The notes beneath the pieces are model-generated. The model saw only the letters and a list, made by a program, of their open reading frames with translations. It did not search any database and had not been told where the DNA came from. A stretch of 32,000 bases of DNA, from contig NC_000962.3 in assembly GCF_000195955.2 (NCBI RefSeq), positions 4,110,001 to 4,142,000 of the forward strand, written 5' to 3'. Shown here piece after piece: positions 27,206 to 32,000 of the stretch (the first letter of the stretch is position 1; each line of letters starts with the position of its first letter). Origin of the DNA: Mycobacterium tuberculosis H37Rv. Lineage in GTDB: Bacteria > Actinomycetota > Actinomycetes > Mycobacteriales > Mycobacteriaceae. Both the position numbers and the translations under genes were made by a program.

Positions 27206-28138
27206 ATGTCGGAGGTGGTGACCGGCGACGCCGTGGTGCTCGACGTACAGATCGCCCAGTTGCCGGTGCGCGCGGTCAGCGCGGTCATCGATATCACCAT
27301 AATATTCATCGGCTACATCCTCGGTCTGATGCTGTGGGCGACCGCCCTGACCCAGTTCGACGAAGCCTTGACCACCGCATTCCTGATCATCTTCACGGTG
27401 CTGGCGCTGGTCGGCTATCCCCTGGTCTGGGAAACCGCAACGCGGGGCCGATCAGTGGGGAAGATCGTGATGGGTCTGCGGGTGGTGTCAGACGACGGTG
27501 GCCCGGAGCGGTTCCGGCAGGCGCTGTTTCGCGCGTTAGCGTCGGTGGTGGAGATCTGGATGCTGCTCGGGAGCCCCGCCGTGATCTGCAGCATGTTGTC
27601 GCCAAAAGCCAAGCGAGTCGGCGACGTCTTCGCGGGCACGGTCGTTGTCAGCGAACGTGGTCCGCGGTTGGGGCCGCCGCCGGTGATGCCACCGTCGCTG
27701 GCCTGGTGGGCGTCGTCGCTGCAATTGTCTGGGCTTACCGCCGGCCAAGCCGAGGTTGCACGTCAATTTCTGGTGCGGGCACCGCAACTCGATCCTGCGC
27801 TACGCGAGCAGATGGCCTACCGGATCGCCGGTGATGTGGTTGCCCGCATCGCTCCGCCGCCGCCACCCGGAGTTCCACCACAGTTGGTCCTGGCCGCCGT
27901 CCTCGCCGAACGACACCGGCGTGAACTGTTGCGACTGCGTCCCACGCTGCCTCCCGCAGGACAGGCGCCATGGGCCCAAATGGCGCCTCATCGGGGTTGG
28001 CCGCCCGGTTTGTCCGGCGCCACGCCGTGGTCTCCTCAGCAGCCGGTGATCCCCTGGCCGGAGCCAGATCCGCCACCGCAAGCCGCTCCCTGGCCGCAGC
28101 AGGCGCCGGACGGCCCGGGATTCTCGCCGCCGGGCTAG
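27206..28138 (+). CDS. RDD-family membrane protein with a proline-rich C-terminal tail (Rv3695-like)
   Basis: The ATG at 27206 (MSEVVTGDAVVLDV) gives 310 aa. The RDD-type core has R...D...D residues and three TM helices. The tail is rich in PPPP/PW repeats. Confidence 0.75.
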   Translation: MSEVVTGDAVVLDVQIAQLPVRAVSAVIDITIIFIGYILGLMLWATALTQFDEALTTAFLIIFTVLALVGYPLVWETATRGRSVGKIVMGLRVVSDDGGPERFRQALFRALASVVEIWMLLGSPAVICSMLSPKAKRVGDVFAGTVVVSERGPRLGPPPVMPPSLAWWASSLQLSGLTAGQAEVARQFLVRAPQLDPALREQMAYRIAGDVVARIAPPPPPGVPPQLVLAAVLAERHRRELLRLRPTLPPAGQAPWAQMAPHRGWPPGLSGATPWSPQQPVIPWPEPDPPPQAAPWPQQAPDGPGFSPPG

Positions 28139-28146
28139 CAGCTAGT

Positions 28147-28201
28147 CTTCGCTGCGCCGGATCCCCCGAGCGTGCGGACATGTTCAGGCGCACAGCGAAA
28201 G
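28147..28201. terminator. Candidate stem-loop between convergent RDD gene and glpK
   Basis: Arms cttcgctgcgcc (28147-28158) and ggcgcacagcgaaag (28187-28201) are complementary apart from two bulges. The loop is about 28 nt. The element lies exactly in the 63-bp gap between the two stop codons. Confidence 0.25.
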
Positions 28202-29755
28202 CTAGGACACGTCAACCCAATCCAGGGTCCGCTGCACCGCCTTGCGCCAGCCGGCATAACCCGCGGCACGCTCGTCGTCGTCCCACGTCGGTGTCCACCG
28301 CTTGTCCTCTCGCCAGTTGGCCCGCAGATCGGACGGAGCCGCCCAGAACCCGACCGCCAAGCCCGCCGCGTAGGCCACACCTAGTGCGGTGGTCTCGGCG
28401 ACCACCGGCCGCACCACATCCACACCCAACACGTCGGCCTGGATCTGCATACACAGGTCGTTGCCGGTGATCCCGCCATCCACCTTCAACACCTGCAGGC
28501 GAACACCGGAGTCTGCTTCCATGGCGTCCACCACATCGCGGCTCTGGTAGCAGATCGCCTCCAGCGTTGCGCGCGCCAGGTGCGCGTTGGTGTTGAACCG
28601 CGACAACCCGACGATCGCGCCGCGCGCATCGGACCGCCAGTATGGCGCGAACAGCCCGGAAAACGCCGGCACGAAATACATGCCGCCGTTGTCGGGGACC
28701 TGGCGGGCCAGCGCCTCACTCTGTGCGGCGCCGCTGATGATGCCCAGCTGATCGCGTAGCCACTGCACCGCCGAGCCGGTCACCGCGATCGAACCTTCAA
28801 GCGCGTACACGGGTTTAGCGTTCCCGAATTGGTAGCACACCGTGGTTAGCAGGCCGTTATTCGATCGCACGATCGTTTCACCGGTGTTCAGCAGCAGAAA
28901 ATTGCCGGTCCCATAGGTGTTTTTCGCCTCCCCTGGGGCCAGACAGACTTGACCGACCATGGCCGCATGCTGATCACCGAGAACTCCGGTGATCGGCACC
29001 TCACCGCCGACAGGCCCGGTCGCCAGCGTGACACCGTAAGGCTCCGACGGCGCCGACGATGCGATCTCGGGCAGCATGGCCCGAGGTATCGAAAACAACG
29101 ACAACAGCTCGTCGTCCCAGTCCAGCGTCTCTAGATCCATCAACATGGTCCGGCTGGCGTTGGTTACATCGGTGACATGCACACCCCCCCGCGGCCCGCC
29201 GGTCAGATTCCACAACACCCAGGTGTCCGGTGTGCCGAACAATGCGTCGCCGTTCTCGGCGGCCGCGCGGACTCCATCGACATTTTCCAGGATCCACTGC
29301 AGCTTGCCGCCAGAGAAATAAGTTGCCGGCGGCAGGCCCGCCTTGCGGCGGATCAGGTTTCCACGACCGTCTCGATCCAGCGCCGACGCGATGCGGTCGG
29401 TGCGGGTATCCTGCCATACAATCGCGTTGTAGTAGGGCCGTCCGGTGTGCCGATTCCATACCAGCGTCGTCTCACGTTGGTTGGTAATCCCCAACGCGGC
29501 AATATCTTTCGGCGATAGGTTGGTGGCGTTGAGCACCGAGATCAACACCGACGCGGTGCGCTCCCAGATCTCGACCGGGTTGTGCTCCACCCAGCCGGCC
29601 CGGGGCAGGATCTGCTCGTGCTCGAGCTGGTGGCGGGCCACCTCGGCACCGTGGTGATCGAAGATCATGCAGCGGGTGCTGGTGGTGCCCTGGTCGATGG
29701 CGGCTATGAAATCCGAGGACTCGGCCAATTGCTCTCCTAGGATGGCGTCGGACAC
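28202..29755 (-). CDS. glpK: Glycerol kinase GlpK (Rv3696c)
   Basis: FGGY-family kinase with [14 protein letters not shown] at the N-terminus, [10 protein letters not shown], and [20 protein letters not shown]. The GTG at 29755 gives the 517-aa product I recall. The ORF is open to an ATG at 29782. Confidence 0.95.
   Translation of the reverse strand: MSDAILGEQLAESSDFIAAIDQGTTSTRCMIFDHHGAEVARHQLEHEQILPRAGWVEHNPVEIWERTASVLISVLNATNLSPKDIAALGITNQRETTLVWNRHTGRPYYNAIVWQDTRTDRIASALDRDGRGNLIRRKAGLPPATYFSGGKLQWILENVDGVRAAAENGDALFGTPDTWVLWNLTGGPRGGVHVTDVTNASRTMLMDLETLDWDDELLSLFSIPRAMLPEIASSAPSEPYGVTLATGPVGGEVPITGVLGDQHAAMVGQVCLAPGEAKNTYGTGNFLLLNTGETIVRSNNGLLTTVCYQFGNAKPVYALEGSIAVTGSAVQWLRDQLGIISGAAQSEALARQVPDNGGMYFVPAFSGLFAPYWRSDARGAIVGLSRFNTNAHLARATLEAICYQSRDVVDAMEADSGVRLQVLKVDGGITGNDLCMQIQADVLGVDVVRPVVAETTALGVAYAAGLAVGFWAAPSDLRANWREDKRWTPTWDDDERAAGYAGWRKAVQRTLDWVDVS
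29184..29190 (-). repeat. Homopolymeric C7 tract (G7 on the coding strand) inside glpK
   Basis: Plus-strand acaCCCCCCCgcgg has seven identical bases at 29184-29190. This is gene nucleotides 566-572 counted from the GTG at 29755. Confidence 0.9.
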
Positions 29756-29804
29756 TGCATGTAATCGTCCATGATGGTCCACCGCAGCGGCGGGTCCGAC
29801 GCCG

Positions 29805-30242
29805 TCAGCCGGAGAAGGGGTCGCGAATTCTAATGCCCTCGAACTTGCGGAAGTCGCGGTCGTGACTCCAGATCGTGGCGATGCCGTGATGGCGCATGAG
29901 CGCGACGAGGTGGGCGTCGGGAACCAGATTGCCTCGCGGCTTGACCGGGTCGGCTACTCGCCGATAGACGGGCCAGAATCCGTTGGCCTCGCCGACCTGC
30001 CGCACGTGCGGTCGTGAGGTGAATTGCTCGATGTTTTCGACGGCGACCTCAGGCGCCAGCGGCGCACCCAACAACGTCGGATGGGTGACAACCCGTAGAT
30101 AACCCAGCGCGACGGGCCACAATAGATATACCAGCCCTGGCCCAGCCAGGAATCGCTCAACGAGCGTCTTCGCCTTATCGTGAAACGGGCTGGCTCGGTG
30201 CGTCGCATGGACCAGAACATCGACGTCAAAGGTTTCGCTCAC
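29805..30242 (-). CDS. vapC48: PIN-domain VapC toxin (VapC48, Rv3697c)
   Basis: The product begins [13 protein letters not shown] with the conserved acidic PIN residues, and has SHDRDF near the C-terminus. Its GTG start overlaps the antitoxin TGA (GTGA at 30239-30242). Confidence 0.85.
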   Translation of the reverse strand: MSETFDVDVLVHATHRASPFHDKAKTLVERFLAGPGLVYLLWPVALGYLRVVTHPTLLGAPLAPEVAVENIEQFTSRPHVRQVGEANGFWPVYRRVADPVKPRGNLVPDAHLVALMRHHGIATIWSHDRDFRKFEGIRIRDPFSG

Positions 30243-30463
30243 CCACGGTCCAAAATCGCCCAAACAGCGTCCTTGTCGTCAAGATCCACACGGGGCCGCA
30301 AGTCGGCAGTCGACCAGCGGATGTCAACGTTTGGAGGAGGCTCGGCCGCCAGAGCTTGCGCAAGCAATTCGGAGGCGAGCTGCCCTAACGTTTTGCGCTC
30401 CTCGCGCTGGCGTCGTTTCAACGCCCGCAGTATGTCGTCATCGAGGTCGATCGTAGTGCGCAT
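30239..30463 (-). CDS. vapB48: VapB antitoxin (VapB48, Rv3697A)
   Basis: 74-aa ORF beginning MRTTIDLDDDILRALKRRQREERKTLGQ, a typical VapB N-terminal DNA-binding region. It lies directly upstream of the PIN gene and is translationally coupled to it. Confidence 0.85.
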   Translation of the reverse strand: MRTTIDLDDDILRALKRRQREERKTLGQLASELLAQALAAEPPPNVDIRWSTADLRPRVDLDDKDAVWAILDRG

Positions 30464-30483
30464 ACATCAGATGCTAACTCGAT

Positions 30484-32000
30484 ATGCATCTGATGCGAAC
30501 GATCTCACCCTTCTTGCGCTGCCGGCACGAAACCTGTTGCATCAGCAATGTGGGCGAAGAGGTAACGCGCACCACATATAGCCGCGAACATCAGCGCGAG
30601 TACCGGCGCAAGGTGCGGCTGTGCTTGGACGTCTTCGAGACCATGCTTGCGCAGACCAGGTTCGAGGCCGACCGGCCACTCACCGGCATGGAGATCGAAT
30701 GCAACCTCGTCGACGCCGACTACCAGCCGGCCATGTCGAACCGCTATGTGCTGGATGCCATCGCCGACCCGGCGTACCAGACCGAATTAGGCGCTTACAA
30801 CATCGAATTCAATGTTCCGCCTCGCCCGCTACCGGGACGCACTTGCCTAGAGCTGGAGGACGAAGTCCGCGCCAGCCTCAACGATGCCGAGACCAAGGCC
30901 AGCTGCAGCGGAGCTCACATCGTGATGATCGGCATCTTGCCCACACTGATGCCAGAGCATCTGACCGACGGCTGGATGAGCGCATCAGCGCGTTATGCGG
31001 CTCTCAACGAGTCGATTTTCAAGGCCCGCGGCGAGGATATCCCCATCAACATCGCCGGCCCGGAACCGCTGAGCTGCCATGCCGGATCCATCGCACCCGA
31101 ATCCGCTTGCACCAGTGTGCAATTACATTTGCAGCTAGCACCGGCGGATTTTCCGGCTAACTGGAATGCGGCTCAGGTACTGGCCGGACCGCAGTTAGCA
31201 CTAGGTGCCAACTCGCCCTATTTCTTCGGCCACCAGCTGTGGTCGGAAACCCGCATCGAGCTGTTCACACAGTCCACTGATGCCCGTCCCGAGGAGCTGA
31301 AATCGCGAGGGGTGCGCCCCCGGGTATGGTTTGGCGAACGCTGGATCACCTCCGTCCTCGACTTGTTTCAGGAAAACATCCGCTACTTCCCCACCCTGCT
31401 ACCCGAGGTGTCCGACGAGGACCCCCTCGCAGAGCTTTCGGCTGGACGCATCCCACACCTGTCCGAATTGCGGCTGCATAACGGCACGGTGTACCGGTGG
31501 AACCGGCCGGTGTACGACGTGGTCGACGGGCGCCCGCATCTGCGGCTGGAGAACCGGGTGCTACCCGCCGGGCCGACGGTCGTTGACATGCTGGCGAATC
31601 ATGCCTTCTACTACGGCGCACTACGCGGTCTGTCCGAGGCCGACCCCCCATTGTGGACGCAGATGAATTTCGCTGCGGCACAAGCGAATTTCCTGGCAGC
31701 CGCCAGGTACGGCATGGACGCCCAGTTGGATTGGCCGGGCTTGGGCGAGGTGACGACGCGGGAGTTGGTGTTGGGCACGTTGTTGCCAATGGCACACGAG
31801 GGACTGCGGCGGTGGGGTGTCGACGCGGAGGTACGCGACCGGTTCCTGGGTGTCATCGGCGGTCGCGCCCAGACCGGCCGCAACGGCGCGCGCTGGCAGG
31901 TCGCCACCGTGGCGGCCCTACAAGACGGCGGGCTGACCCGGCCCGCGGCACTGGCTGAGATGCTGCGCCGGTACTGCGAGCACATGCACAGCAACGAACC
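30484..32000 (+). CDS. Glutamate-cysteine-ligase family 2 (GCS2)/carboxylate-amine ligase-like protein, 3' end outside the window (Rv3698-like)
   Basis: The frame-1 reading frame is open from 30478 to the window end, and is not in the track because there is no stop. Hand translation gives ...VGEEVTRTTYSREHQREYRRKVRLCLDVFETMLAQTRFEADRPLTGMEIECNLVDADYQP...AYNIEFNVPP...CTSVQLHLQ...ANSPYFFGHQLWSETRIELF...LRLHNGTVYRWNRPVYD...LENRVLPAGPTVVD. Candidate starts are an ATG at 30484, an ATG at 30493 and a GTG at 30550. Confidence 0.75.
   Translation, partial: MHLMRTISPFLRCRHETCCISNVGEEVTRTTYSREHQREYRRKVRLCLDVFETMLAQTRFEADRPLTGMEIECNLVDADYQPAMSNRYVLDAIADPAYQTELGAYNIEFNVPPRPLPGRTCLELEDEVRASLNDAETKASCSGAHIVMIGILPTLMPEHLTDGWMSASARYAALNESIFKARGEDIPINIAGPEPLSCHAGSIAPESACTSVQLHLQLAPADFPANWNAAQVLAGPQLALGANSPYFFGHQLWSETRIELFTQSTDARPEELKSRGVRPRVWFGERWITSVLDLFQENIRYFPTLLPEVSDEDPLAELSAGRIPHLSELRLHNGTVYRWNRPVYDVVDGRPHLRLENRVLPAGPTVVDMLANHAFYYGALRGLSEADPPLWTQMNFAAAQANFLAAARYGMDAQLDWPGLGEVTTRELVLGTLLPMAHEGLRRWGVDAEVRDRFLGVIGGRAQTGRNGARWQVATVAALQDGGLTRPAALAEMLRRYCEHMHSNE

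Overview
High-GC (about 65%) actinobacterial chromosome. Gene order and protein sequences match my memory of Mycobacterium tuberculosis complex, H37Rv Rv3668c to Rv3698 (roughly 4.110-4.142 Mb). This is recollection, not a database search. The window is densely coding core genome with about 34 CDS. They are a secreted protease fragment, Rv3669, ephE, the marP/NUDIX/TlpA-like/nth string, Rv3675, crp, an MBL hydrolase, RidA, a 53-aa DUF4177 ORF missing from the ORF track, a coupled pair of ArsA/Get3-like ATPases, whiB4, ponA2, a metallophosphoesterase, a PLP enzyme, tRNA-Pro(CGG), cyp137, a small membrane protein, rsfB, a YqeY-like protein, a MoxR2-centred cluster of seven mostly membrane proteins, glpK, vapBC48 and a GCS2-like ligase running off the 3' edge. 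No rRNA, CRISPR array, IS element or transposase is visible. Structure not explained by the CDS falls into five groups. (1) Three MIRU-type repeat loci share a cggcgacgatgc core: 678-815, the 57-bp tandem repeat at 10917-11053, and a mini-ORF element bridging moxR2 and the DUF58 gene at 24592-24729. (2) A decayed Fic/DOC pseudogene lies directly downstream of tRNA-Pro, suggesting a remnant of a tRNA-targeted integrated element. (3) glpK contains a 7-nt homopolymer, a known frameshift switch. (4) There are several 1- and 4-nt start/stop overlaps. (5) Two imperfect hairpins sit between convergent genes. The best candidate for a poorly understood system is the MoxR2/DUF58/DUF4350/DUF4129/SpoIIM-like/RDD membrane cluster at 20357-28138. 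Most long ORFs in the six-frame track that overlap these genes are off-frame or antisense artefacts of the high GC content.
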